Below, one piece after another: positions 10,293-18,960 of a stretch of DNA of 42,048 nt (position 1 is the stretch's first letter; each line of letters starts with the position of its first letter). The notes beneath the pieces are model-generated. The model was not told the DNA's origin. It made no database searches and worked only from the letters and a program-made list of their open reading frames with translations. Location of the stretch: the NCBI GenBank assembly GCA_014730345.1, contig WJIJ01000064.1:1-42048 (forward strand). Reading direction: 5' to 3'. A program made the position numbers and the translations under genes. The stretch is from Candidatus Zixiibacteriota bacterium. Lineage in GTDB: Bacteria > Zixibacteria > MSB-5A5 > UM-FILTER-46-8.

Positions 10293-11036
10293 TTATTTCC
10301 TTAGAGAAGCTTTGCTGAAAATATAATCGGGAATATCGGTGTTGAAGTTAATCCTGTAAATAACGAACTCGGTACCCTTGCCGCCCTTGAGGGCATCCTT
10401 GAAAAGCATCTTATCCGGATACCACCGGCTGCCGTACTTTGAAACCGATTGGACTTCCGTATATTTAAGAAGTTTGCCGCTTTTAGCATATCTGTTTTCT
10501 TTCAGCGGAATGAATCGCTCCTTATCAACCCAGATCTCCCGGCTGTAATAAGCGATATCTTCTTCTTTCGCGGTCAACTTCAAAACCCAGCAATCCCTGT
10601 CCGAATAGACCTCTTCCCTGATGACCTCAGCCGAATACATCTCGGCGTATTTGGCGTCGTCCATAAGGTCTTCATAGGAAAGATCAGAACCCATTACCGA
10701 CTGGCGGAGCATATGCCCGGATATTCTGATGATGCGGTCTGTTTGAGGAGTATATATCCATAGCTGGTCGTCAAGCTTTAACATCTTGGTCCCTTTTTCT
10801 CTCGCCGGGGCCAGGTATTCGGTGAAAGATTTGCTGGTTCCCTGTATCCAGGATTTGAATTCTATAGTGCGGGTTACACGACCTCCGGCAACAATCATTT
10901 TCGAATCGGAGGTTTTACTGTCGGCTCCGATATTTTCGTCGACCTTCCTAAGGATATAATCGCCGGATGGTTTGCCGGGAGCTATCAGCAAAAATGCTGA
11001 AACTATCAACGTTAATGAAATTATAAGCCTTCTCAT
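10293..11036 (-). CDS. Outer-membrane lipoprotein-sorting (LolA-like) periplasmic protein
   Basis: Signal peptide plus ~220-aa soluble domain. Sits at the end of a MacB/Lol-type ABC operon, the usual context of LolA-like proteins. Confidence 0.6.
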   Translation of the reverse strand: MRRLIISLTLIVSAFLLIAPGKPSGDYILRKVDENIGADSKTSDSKMIVAGGRVTRTIEFKSWIQGTSKSFTEYLAPAREKGTKMLKLDDQLWIYTPQTDRIIRISGHMLRQSVMGSDLSYEDLMDDAKYAEMYSAEVIREEVYSDRDCWVLKLTAKEEDIAYYSREIWVDKERFIPLKENRYAKSGKLLKYTEVQSVSKYGSRWYPDKMLFKDALKGGKGTEFVIYRINFNTDIPDYIFSKASLRK

Positions 11037-12307
11037 GCTTCAAACTCCTTGGTAAGCTGCGATGTTTGTCTCCTGTATATTCCGATACCTGAAATTGAGG
11101 AACCCAATAATGTAGCCGCTAAACCGGGGACGAAACCTATTATATAGCTTGTTGGAGTAATTTGAGCCCTTAACACATCGGAAATAACTATGGAGGCATT
11201 TTTAAGCATTGATGATATGTTAATGCCCACCTCTTGAAGATACAGGGAGAACAATAATCCGAAAGCTGTTCCAATGATTGTTCCAAACAAGCCTATTAAA
11301 GTAGATTCAGCGATTAAAAATCTATAAAGGTGTCCCTGGCTTTCGCCGATCGCCAAACGTATCCCGAATTCCCCGTAACGCCTGATGCTCCCCAGTAACC
11401 CCGCGTTCCATAACACAATTGACATCGCGGTGATAAATATGGAAATGAGCACGCCGGAGACACTTTTATACATTTTCAAAGTCGCGGCCAGACCGCTGTG
11501 CTCCAAAAGAGTATACATCACCGGGGCGAAATCATCGCCGCTGCCGGAATTATCCATATTAAAAGATTCCGCCACGGACTCAGCCCGCTCGGCGAGGTAG
11601 CTCCCGTTACTAAAGAAGCCGACGATCTCACCGGCGGCATCGTTCATATCAAGCCCCCGGCGAATATCACCAATATCGGCTATTACCAGGCCGCGGTCCA
11701 TCGCGGCAATACCGAATCTTATAGTACCGCATACAACCATATTAAAAGTAGTCAAACTGCCATACATAGTAGTCGTGATAATAGTCGCGGTCTGCCCCGG
11801 TTTGATATTCAATCTTTGGGCTAATTCATCGGTAATTAACATCTCTCCAGCTTTTAAAGGAAGACCTCCGGAAACTATCGCTCCATTCAGATTAAGTACA
11901 TCCGGTTCGATAGTTGATGGGGAGATCAGATCCGCGCCAAGTCCGACAATCGGACCCTGGGACATTGTTTCGCCATTTTCATCAGGCACATCGATTAGAC
12001 CGGCAAAACGTATCCTCGGCTGCCAGATAATGCCGGGATGTTCATTATTCAAATCGCCGATTAAATCAGAGCATCCGATATAAGCCAGGTCGTTGGGCAT
12101 CTGGTCAGAATTACCCGAGTATGCTTTGGACATAATGATAAGATGACCGGACCGGAAATTGGCGTTTGCCCGCACAATATCCTTCTCAAATCCTTTCATC
12201 CAGCTGTAAAGCACAACTGATAGCATAACCCCGCCGATGACAACTATAATAGGGAAAAGGCTTCGGGACCGGTCCCTGAAAATTCCTTTTAAAATAAATT
12301 TAATCAC
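11033..12307 (-). CDS. ABC transporter permease, FtsX/MacB-like (4 TM with a large periplasmic domain)
   Basis: N-terminal TM, large periplasmic domain, C-terminal 3-TM FtsX fold. Overlaps the neighbouring genes by 4 nt. Confidence 0.8.
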   Translation of the reverse strand: MIKFILKGIFRDRSRSLFPIIVVIGGVMLSVVLYSWMKGFEKDIVRANANFRSGHLIIMSKAYSGNSDQMPNDLAYIGCSDLIGDLNNEHPGIIWQPRIRFAGLIDVPDENGETMSQGPIVGLGADLISPSTIEPDVLNLNGAIVSGGLPLKAGEMLITDELAQRLNIKPGQTATIITTTMYGSLTTFNMVVCGTIRFGIAAMDRGLVIADIGDIRRGLDMNDAAGEIVGFFSNGSYLAERAESVAESFNMDNSGSGDDFAPVMYTLLEHSGLAATLKMYKSVSGVLISIFITAMSIVLWNAGLLGSIRRYGEFGIRLAIGESQGHLYRFLIAESTLIGLFGTIIGTAFGLLFSLYLQEVGINISSMLKNASIVISDVLRAQITPTSYIIGFVPGLAATLLGSSISGIGIYRRQTSQLTKEFEA

Positions 12308-13482
12308 ATCAATCTCCCCCGTAGGGCGTCGGTCGGCTTCATCTCGGCAATTTTGCGCGTGGGAAGATAACTTACAATTGTGGTGGTAATAAATATCAGA
12401 ACCGCAGTTCCGGCGATGATCCCGATGGTGAATACCGGATAAAGTTTTTCACCGAGGGCGAATCCGTAGCTGTCGGTTGATTCTAAAAGGGTCCACCCTT
12501 TTCGGGCAAAAAGAGCTAATAAAGGAATACCGTAAACCGCGCCTATAACAGCCCCAAAAGCGGCCTGCAGGGAACCTTCCAGTGTAAAAAGCTTAATTAC
12601 CCTGCCCCGGGTTAAGCCAAGCGCCATCAAGGTTCCTATCTCCTTCTTACGCCGGAATATCGAGAAAATCTGGGTATCGAATATCGCCAGCATAGCCAGG
12701 AACAGCAACAGCATGTATATAAAAACAGAACCGAAGGACTTAGACCTTACCATTTCCCTGAGGTCTTTAAGCAGATATTCCTGGCTCCGGAAGATCCAAT
12801 CGCCCGCAGGCTGATTTTCTTTAAAATCCTTATGGGTTACCACGATGGTTGCTTCCCCCTCCATATCCGCCAACTTGCGTAGCCGGTCCAGAGGCGCCCA
12901 TATCTGGTTGACATCGATTGACTGCACAGAAGTTTTCATTACCTGAACAATGACCGCGTCCTGGGCATCGAAGGTCCCGTTGGCGTCCCTCCACTGAAGG
13001 ATGAAGTAATCGCCGATACCGAGCCCGGTGGCTTTCGATGTTCTTTCACCGATCAGTACCGGTATATTTTCAATATCTTGAGCCAGTGTTCCACCCGGGA
13101 TATTAAGTACTTCCTGTTCGGGGTCAATACCTTTAATTAATATCGGCCTTATTCTGCCGTTGGGATATATCGTACCCTGGATAATTAATATTGGCGCCGC
13201 CTGATGAGTATTTATTTCTTGTTCGAGTTTTATGGGAATTTTGCCGTGGGCGTCTTGCAGGGTCAGGGGGTCATAGGGATCGTATTCGGGATGCCAATAC
13301 TGCCCGCCGCCAATCTCCGCCGCTATCATAGCATTCGAAGTCTGTTCATACATACCCTTTAATAGAGCCTGCGTAGTAATTATAGCCAGGAAAGAGAAAG
13401 ACAACACGATGCCGTTTAACCATGTTCTCAGCCCCGCGCCCAACAGGTTCCGTATGGCGAGTCTGATCAACAACATTTTCAA
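12304..13482 (-). CDS. ABC transporter permease, FtsX/MacB-like (second paralog)
   Basis: Same architecture as 11033..12307. 4-nt overlaps with the ATPase gene and the other permease. Confidence 0.8.
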   Translation of the reverse strand: MKMLLIRLAIRNLLGAGLRTWLNGIVLSFSFLAIITTQALLKGMYEQTSNAMIAAEIGGGQYWHPEYDPYDPLTLQDAHGKIPIKLEQEINTHQAAPILIIQGTIYPNGRIRPILIKGIDPEQEVLNIPGGTLAQDIENIPVLIGERTSKATGLGIGDYFILQWRDANGTFDAQDAVIVQVMKTSVQSIDVNQIWAPLDRLRKLADMEGEATIVVTHKDFKENQPAGDWIFRSQEYLLKDLREMVRSKSFGSVFIYMLLLFLAMLAIFDTQIFSIFRRKKEIGTLMALGLTRGRVIKLFTLEGSLQAAFGAVIGAVYGIPLLALFARKGWTLLESTDSYGFALGEKLYPVFTIGIIAGTAVLIFITTTIVSYLPTRKIAEMKPTDALRGRLM

Positions 13483-14195
13483 TTACTCCCCTTTAAAGCA
13501 TCAGTGATTTTCTCGTCTTTAGCGGCCTTTCCGTCAATAAGTGAAATTTTCCTGCGGAGATATCCTATCACCTTTTCGTCGTGCGTTGAAAATAAAAAAG
13601 TTGTGCCGAGGTCGCGGTTCAGGTTCTCCATAATTCGCAATACATTATGTGAATTCTCCGCGTCAAGATTAGCTGTCGGTTCATCCGCAAGGACAATAGC
13701 CGGTTTTTTCACTATAGCTCGCGCTATGGCGACCCGCTGACTCTGCCCGCCGGACAGTTGAGAAGGTTTTGATTTCCACCTGTCCTGCAGATGGACTCTC
13801 TCGAGTGATTCCATTACAGCGCGCTTTCTTTCGGAAGCGGTGTACTCGAGCAGAAGCAGGGGAAATTCAACATTTTCAAAAACATTGTAAACCGGCAGGA
13901 GATTGAAAGTTTGAAAGATAAAACCTATGTGCTTATTACGCAATTCGGCGGCTTCCTGGTGCGAAAGCTCTTCGATCTTTTTACCCATCGTCATCGCGCT
14001 ACCGCTTGTGGGAACATCCAGGGAACCTATTATATTCAACAATGTCGTTTTTCCGGAGCCGCTGGGTCCGACAAGACCGGCAAATTCACCTTCTGTGAAA
14101 GCCAGGTCTATCCCATCCAGGGCAACTAATGATTGTTGTCCCATTGGATAAACCTTTACCAGCTTTTCAGTTTTTATTAAATAAGTGTTTTCCAT
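13479..14195 (-). CDS. ABC transporter ATP-binding protein (LolD/MacB-type)
   Basis: Walker A GPSGSGKTT, ABC signature LSGGQSQRVAIARA, Walker B ILADEPT, H-loop. Confidence 0.9.
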   Translation of the reverse strand: MENTYLIKTEKLVKVYPMGQQSLVALDGIDLAFTEGEFAGLVGPSGSGKTTLLNIIGSLDVPTSGSAMTMGKKIEELSHQEAAELRNKHIGFIFQTFNLLPVYNVFENVEFPLLLLEYTASERKRAVMESLERVHLQDRWKSKPSQLSGGQSQRVAIARAIVKKPAIVLADEPTANLDAENSHNVLRIMENLNRDLGTTFLFSTHDEKVIGYLRRKISLIDGKAAKDEKITDALKGSN

Positions 14196-14233
14196 CTTGG
14201 GTCGGTTTTCCTGTCTTATCCAGATTCGTCAGC

Positions 14234-15412
14234 TTAGTGATTAAAAGTTATGGTCAATTGAACGCCTTTGTCCACCAGCATCCCACCGGTATTATAAATT
14301 AGAGCGTTATCAACCGGGTTCCAGAAACTGTTCAAAATAAAACGCCAGTTGTCGAGGGTATGGCTCCAGGATACAAACCGGTATAATTCCCTCTGGGAAT
14401 AATGGTAATACAGTATACCCTTGAATTCATCGGCTATACCGAGCGAATAGCTTACCGACAACGCCCAGAATTGAACCGGGTTGGAGCTCCCGAATGCTTC
14501 TTCAGGTTCGGAAATTTCGAAATATTCTCCCACCAAACCAATTCCATTGCCAATATCCAGCGTATAATCACTGCCAATATTTATAAACCTTCTCCATTTA
14601 TTGAACAATGGTATATTTTCCTGCTCGACCAATACAATTTCGCTCCAAAAACCGATCTCGATATCCCAACGCGTGTCGAAAGCATATTTCCTCTCCGTCG
14701 GTTCATTTTCAATAGAAGGCGGGATCGGAAACTGCAAACCGCTTAGATCAAACCTGCGTTGATTGAATGATAAAGCGATTTCTCCCGTAAATAATGGATA
14801 TTGAATCCTGCCGCCGAACTCCGCCTCGTTCTCGACAGAGGGGAATACTTCCCAACCCTTTACTTCATCATTGCCGTAAAGACCCCATATCCATGTATTG
14901 GCGTTGTTGTAAAAATACCACCGAAACAGGACGGCGTAAACACCTTTTGAATACTGCTGGGGGTCGCGCGGGTCAAGGCTGTCAAACCACATCAGGGGTC
15001 TCATTAAAAGGGCTGATCCGAAATTTATTCTTTGCAAACCAACCCTTAGTTCGAGATTGGACGCGGCAAACCTGGCATAAGCCCTGTGAAGTTCAAAATC
15101 CGCGTCATCGTCAACTTTCTGGGAGCCATCATTATAATTGAATTTTCCGTCGATAAAGCTATTCACCGATAGATAAATATCGGCGAAAACTGTGCTGCCG
15201 AGGTCACTTCTTAGAGAAACGGAGGGAATGTAACGGGCCGCGAGTTGTGTGTTCAAGGAATCTGTCGTGTTGATTGTGCCCCATGCGGAGAGCTGCCCCC
15301 CAATATTTATGGTTTGTGAGTAAAGGTTGCTGTTGCAAAAAACCAGTCCGATATTTACTGCCAATATAAAATGTAAGATAATTTTAAGCATGGAAAGCTT
15401 CATGTAATTCAT
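14234..15412 (-). CDS. Putative outer-membrane beta-barrel protein, first gene of the ABC-exporter operon
   Basis: Signal-like N-terminus. Alternating hydrophobic patterning rich in aromatic/Gly/Asn/Ser residues. No recognised family. Confidence 0.4.
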   Translation of the reverse strand: MNYMKLSMLKIILHFILAVNIGLVFCNSNLYSQTINIGGQLSAWGTINTTDSLNTQLAARYIPSVSLRSDLGSTVFADIYLSVNSFIDGKFNYNDGSQKVDDDADFELHRAYARFAASNLELRVGLQRINFGSALLMRPLMWFDSLDPRDPQQYSKGVYAVLFRWYFYNNANTWIWGLYGNDEVKGWEVFPSVENEAEFGGRIQYPLFTGEIALSFNQRRFDLSGLQFPIPPSIENEPTERKYAFDTRWDIEIGFWSEIVLVEQENIPLFNKWRRFINIGSDYTLDIGNGIGLVGEYFEISEPEEAFGSSNPVQFWALSVSYSLGIADEFKGILYYHYSQRELYRFVSWSHTLDNWRFILNSFWNPVDNALIYNTGGMLVDKGVQLTITFNH

Positions 15413-15693
15413 TACTTATGAATTATACATGACGGCGAAAATTAAGACAATATGAAAATCAGGGCGTTTTGGTAATTCAATGTAATCCGCTAAAGTATAG
15501 AAACCGGTTCAAAAGCCTGATAAATTTTGACGATACATTATAAACAGCCGTGCAACCCTGTTTTTGAATAACGGTTGTGGAATAAAATATTATATAGATT
15601 GATATGGAATTTCAAAAAAGTATGCTATATTTCCTGAGTTAGAATTATACAATCCAGAGAATATTTTCTTTACACAATAGTTTAAATAGTGAA

Positions 15694-16926
15694 TTGACCA
15701 AACCTGAATTAAAAAATCATTATACGACCGGAGATGGGAGGGGGAAGAATGTCCTGCTAACCGGCGGCACCGGTTTCGTCGGCGACCTGATTATAAAAAG
15801 ATATCTGGAAAGAACCGACTGCGCCCTGTGGATTATATCCAGACCCAGGGGCAATATTTCCGCGAAGGAAAGAATCCTCAACAGAATAGATATTCAATAC
15901 CATAATAGAATCAAAATCTTAGAAGGGGAGCTGGGACGAAGGGTTGATGATAAAGGCATTGATATAAACGCCTATATGGGACTTGATGACAAAAACAATA
16001 AAAACAATTACGACAAGTTTCGGCAAATGGTAGAGGTTGTAGACGAGGTATTCCATAACGGATCATACCTGGGTCTTAAAAACGACGCGGTTGAAAGAGG
16101 GAGGTGCATGGATATCAATATCCTGGGGACCCAGAGAATCTTCAATATTATTTCATTGTTCAAACGCCCGTTGAAAGCATTGTTTTATACCAGTACCGCG
16201 TTTGTGCATGGAATCATGTCCGAACCGCAGGAATTCGGGGAAGACACAGCATTTCCAGGCCGGTGGTTAAACCCGTATGAAGAATCCAAGTGGAGAGCTG
16301 AGATATTAATAAGGAATTCCGGCTATCCTTTCCGGATATTCCGGCCGGGAGTTATCGCTAAAGAAATTGACACACCCGTCTTGAGTTCGCACACAATCTA
16401 CGGCGTGGCAAATGTAATAGAATCAGGATATTATAATTATAGAAAGAAAAATCCGGAAAAACCGGTTCATATCGTGCTCGAAGGAGAATCCGGCTCCGCG
16501 CATAATATAATGTTGAGGTCAGATCTGGTTGATATGATTTTTGACATAAGGGAATCGGATCACGGGATGAATCATGTATATAATACGGTGAACACTCATA
16601 ACACCCTCCTCAGCGATGTTCTGTACGCGATACTTTACAACCTGGAGCCCGGGATGACATACCAATTCGTACCGCGCTATTCAGAAGGTCACATTAAAAA
16701 TATTATTGAAGAATATATCCATAAAATGGTCATGCCGATTTATAAAGGGTACCTCTTTAAGTCATCCCCTGAACATAGAATGGATAATGTGATTAAAGCC
16801 CTGGGAGAGGACTATCTTAGCGACAATATTACAAAAATCAACCGGGAAACCCTGGTAAAGCTCATGAAAGACCATTTCGAAAAGAAAAAGCCTAAAAATG
16901 GTTTAAGTCGGTCCTGCCACACCTAA
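15694..16926 (+). CDS. NAD(P)-dependent SDR-superfamily reductase, thioester-reductase / NAD_binding_4-like, with an Asn/Lys-rich insertion; predicted TTG start
   Basis: LLTGGTGFVG Rossmann motif, YTSTAFV, YEESKWRAE (YxxxK). No in-frame ATG or GTG lies between the TTG at 15694 and the Rossmann motif. Confidence 0.55.
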   Translation: MTKPELKNHYTTGDGRGKNVLLTGGTGFVGDLIIKRYLERTDCALWIISRPRGNISAKERILNRIDIQYHNRIKILEGELGRRVDDKGIDINAYMGLDDKNNKNNYDKFRQMVEVVDEVFHNGSYLGLKNDAVERGRCMDINILGTQRIFNIISLFKRPLKALFYTSTAFVHGIMSEPQEFGEDTAFPGRWLNPYEESKWRAEILIRNSGYPFRIFRPGVIAKEIDTPVLSSHTIYGVANVIESGYYNYRKKNPEKPVHIVLEGESGSAHNIMLRSDLVDMIFDIRESDHGMNHVYNTVNTHNTLLSDVLYAILYNLEPGMTYQFVPRYSEGHIKNIIEEYIHKMVMPIYKGYLFKSSPEHRMDNVIKALGEDYLSDNITKINRETLVKLMKDHFEKKKPKNGLSRSCHT

Positions 16927-17016
16927 GTTCTTTTTCAACTTCTCTGCGTCTTAATTCTCTCCAAAGCCTTACATATCGATCCCAGGACATTAGCAATCTT
17001 TCTGGTAATATATCAA

Positions 17017-17460
17017 TCATAATGTCGATCCTATTCGCAATCTAACTTCCATTAAAATATTCCCCAGCATATTTTTCCCATGACCATCACCGCCGTCGCC
17101 CCAGAAAGCATCCTTAATGGTGTGTTCCACTAACCTGGTGTTACCGGTAGAGAGCAGGGACTTTCCCAAATCCACATGTTGTGTGAACTTCGCCATTACA
17201 GCTTTCCGCATCAAGGATACTTTAACTGATTCCCAGTCGGGTCGCAATTTATATCTTCGATCGCGGCCCAACCGGCATGCTATAGTTGCGTTGTTTGCTC
17301 TACGGATCGCTTCCCGATGCTTTTTGTTTGTGAACTTCTGCGCCTGGAAGTAATGCTCAACAGTCGGCCATACCTTTCCATCAAGCTTAATCGGATATGG
17401 CGCGAAGTTTGACAGCCATCCATACTCATCCGCGACACTGTAATATTTAATAGCTTCCAT
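17017..17460 (-). CDS. NADAR-domain protein (YbiA-like, DUF1768)
   Basis: GWLSNFAPYPIKLDGKVWPTVEHYFQAQKF...AFWGDGGDG matches the NADAR fold signature. Confidence 0.8.
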   Translation of the reverse strand: MEAIKYYSVADEYGWLSNFAPYPIKLDGKVWPTVEHYFQAQKFTNKKHREAIRRANNATIACRLGRDRRYKLRPDWESVKVSLMRKAVMAKFTQHVDLGKSLLSTGNTRLVEHTIKDAFWGDGGDGHGKNMLGNILMEVRLRIGSTL

Positions 17461-17462
17461 GT

Positions 17463-17759
17463 TTATCCATCCTCAGCTTCCGGGCGTTTAGAGTTCTCGT
17501 CCCATTCGCTTAATGTATTTATTCTATCAAACGGATAAACCCTGTCCCCATCGTAAGTCACCTTAGTTATCCTGTGAAATGGGATAGATGTATCCTGTAC
17601 CTCCACCGAATACGGACCTATCCGGCACACATTCAAAGGCATTTCGGACACGCCGTTTTCCCCTTCGAAATCACGGTATTCGATAAAGGCCTTAACTTCG
17701 TCCATGGAATTATCATGGATCAGCCTGTTCAATAACTCTCTTAATGGATTCTTGCTCAT
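17463..17759 (-). CDS. Hypothetical 98-aa acidic protein, co-transcribed with the NADAR gene 3 nt downstream
   Basis: RBS GGGGAG lies 6 nt before the ATG at 17759. The ORF-track start (17795) lies upstream of the predicted -10 element. Confidence 0.5.
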   Translation of the reverse strand: MSKNPLRELLNRLIHDNSMDEVKAFIEYRDFEGENGVSEMPLNVCRIGPYSVEVQDTSIPFHRITKVTYDGDRVYPFDRINTLSEWDENSKRPEAEDG

Positions 17760-17778
17760 ATACAACTCCCCTGCAAAT

Positions 17779-17807
17779 ATTATAGCATATCCCATAGGGT
17801 TTGTGAA
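17779..17807 (-). promoter_or_regulatory. Sigma70-like promoter: -35 TTCACA, 17-bp spacer, -10 TATAAT, driving the 98-aa/NADAR bicistron
   Basis: Minus-strand TTCACA (17807..17802) and TATAAT (17784..17779), 19 nt upstream of the GGGGAG-ATG. Confidence 0.35.
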
Positions 17808-17853
17808 ATTATTATTTCCCCGGAGGGCTTAAATATACAGCCCCCGGGGTATT

Positions 17854-18960
17854 TTATAACAGGTTCACTATCCTGTCTGCCAGTCCTTTTTCACCCAGTA
17901 CAACCTGCAGTTTCGAGTTGCCGGAGATTTTCTCCAGTACTTCCAACTCCCGCAGTTTCATCAGGGTCGGATTAGCTTCCAGGAGCTTGGCGGTGTTCGC
18001 CTGTGACCGCATGGCGGCAGTTTCCTCCCGCCGCGAGATCAGGTTAGCCTCCGCCGCCTTTTTCGCTTCCATGACCTTGTTCATCAACTCCTTCATGTCG
18101 CCCGGGAGTATTACATCCCGAATTCCAAATGAAGCAACTTCGATTCCAAAGTCAACGGAGCGTTTGCCCAGGGATTCACGGAGATCCTCGGAAACGGACT
18201 GCTTATCGGAAAGCAGGACTTCCAGTTCCCGTCCTCCGATCAATTCCCGCAAAGACAACTGAGCTTCGCGATACAAAACGTCGCGGGCATCATCGACCGC
18301 CATTACGCTCTTTAGCGGATCAACAATACGATAGAAGACAAGCGCGTTCATGCGCAAAGTTACCTTATCGGCGGTCATTATCTCCTGTCCGGAAACTTCC
18401 ATGACCCACTCTTTCATATCGACTTGCTGAACCTCGACATCGCTTATGTTTTTCCAGAACAGGTGGATTCCCGGTTCAAGGGTTCCGGCATATTCGCCTT
18501 CCTTGAAGAACAGGCCCACATTACCAACTGATACATTAACTCTATGCATCAGGCGTATGGCATCGTCGGAAGCGAAAAACATGTGCAGGTCTTTGTGTTC
18601 AACACGAACGCCGCTGGCATCGACAACCTCGACATCTACCCTATGGAAGACTTTCCACAAAGCGTAAAGCCCCGGTTCGAGGATACCATGGTAACGTCCA
18701 TCCACCCACACGATCGCCCGATGTCTGCTGTCGAGATCAACAACGGTTGCTTCTTCTCCGAGAGCGCCCGATTTTACGATTACATCGAGTTCCGGATGCA
18801 GGAGGAATACTTCCCTGGTGGAAACCACTTCGACCTTCTCTTTCGAGGTCGGGTCGAAACGGTGATACATGCCCGGAGGAAGGATTCCCCTGAACTCACC
18901 GTCCACGAAGCGCAAACCGCGTTCGTACTGCTTAATCTTTAAACTTGATAAGAAGTTCAT
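17854..18960 (-). CDS. SPFH/band-7 (stomatin/prohibitin/HflKC-like) protein with a triplicated N-terminal repeat and no predicted TM anchor
   Basis: The C-terminal half matches the SPFH core (VSGQEIMTADKVTLRMNALVFYRIVDP...IRDVILPGDMKELMNKVMEAKKAAEA). Start taken at MNFLSSLK, where AGGAGG lies 5 nt upstream. Confidence 0.7.
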   Translation of the reverse strand: MNFLSSLKIKQYERGLRFVDGEFRGILPPGMYHRFDPTSKEKVEVVSTREVFLLHPELDVIVKSGALGEEATVVDLDSRHRAIVWVDGRYHGILEPGLYALWKVFHRVDVEVVDASGVRVEHKDLHMFFASDDAIRLMHRVNVSVGNVGLFFKEGEYAGTLEPGIHLFWKNISDVEVQQVDMKEWVMEVSGQEIMTADKVTLRMNALVFYRIVDPLKSVMAVDDARDVLYREAQLSLRELIGGRELEVLLSDKQSVSEDLRESLGKRSVDFGIEVASFGIRDVILPGDMKELMNKVMEAKKAAEANLISRREETAAMRSQANTAKLLEANPTLMKLRELEVLEKISGNSKLQVVLGEKGLADRIVNLL

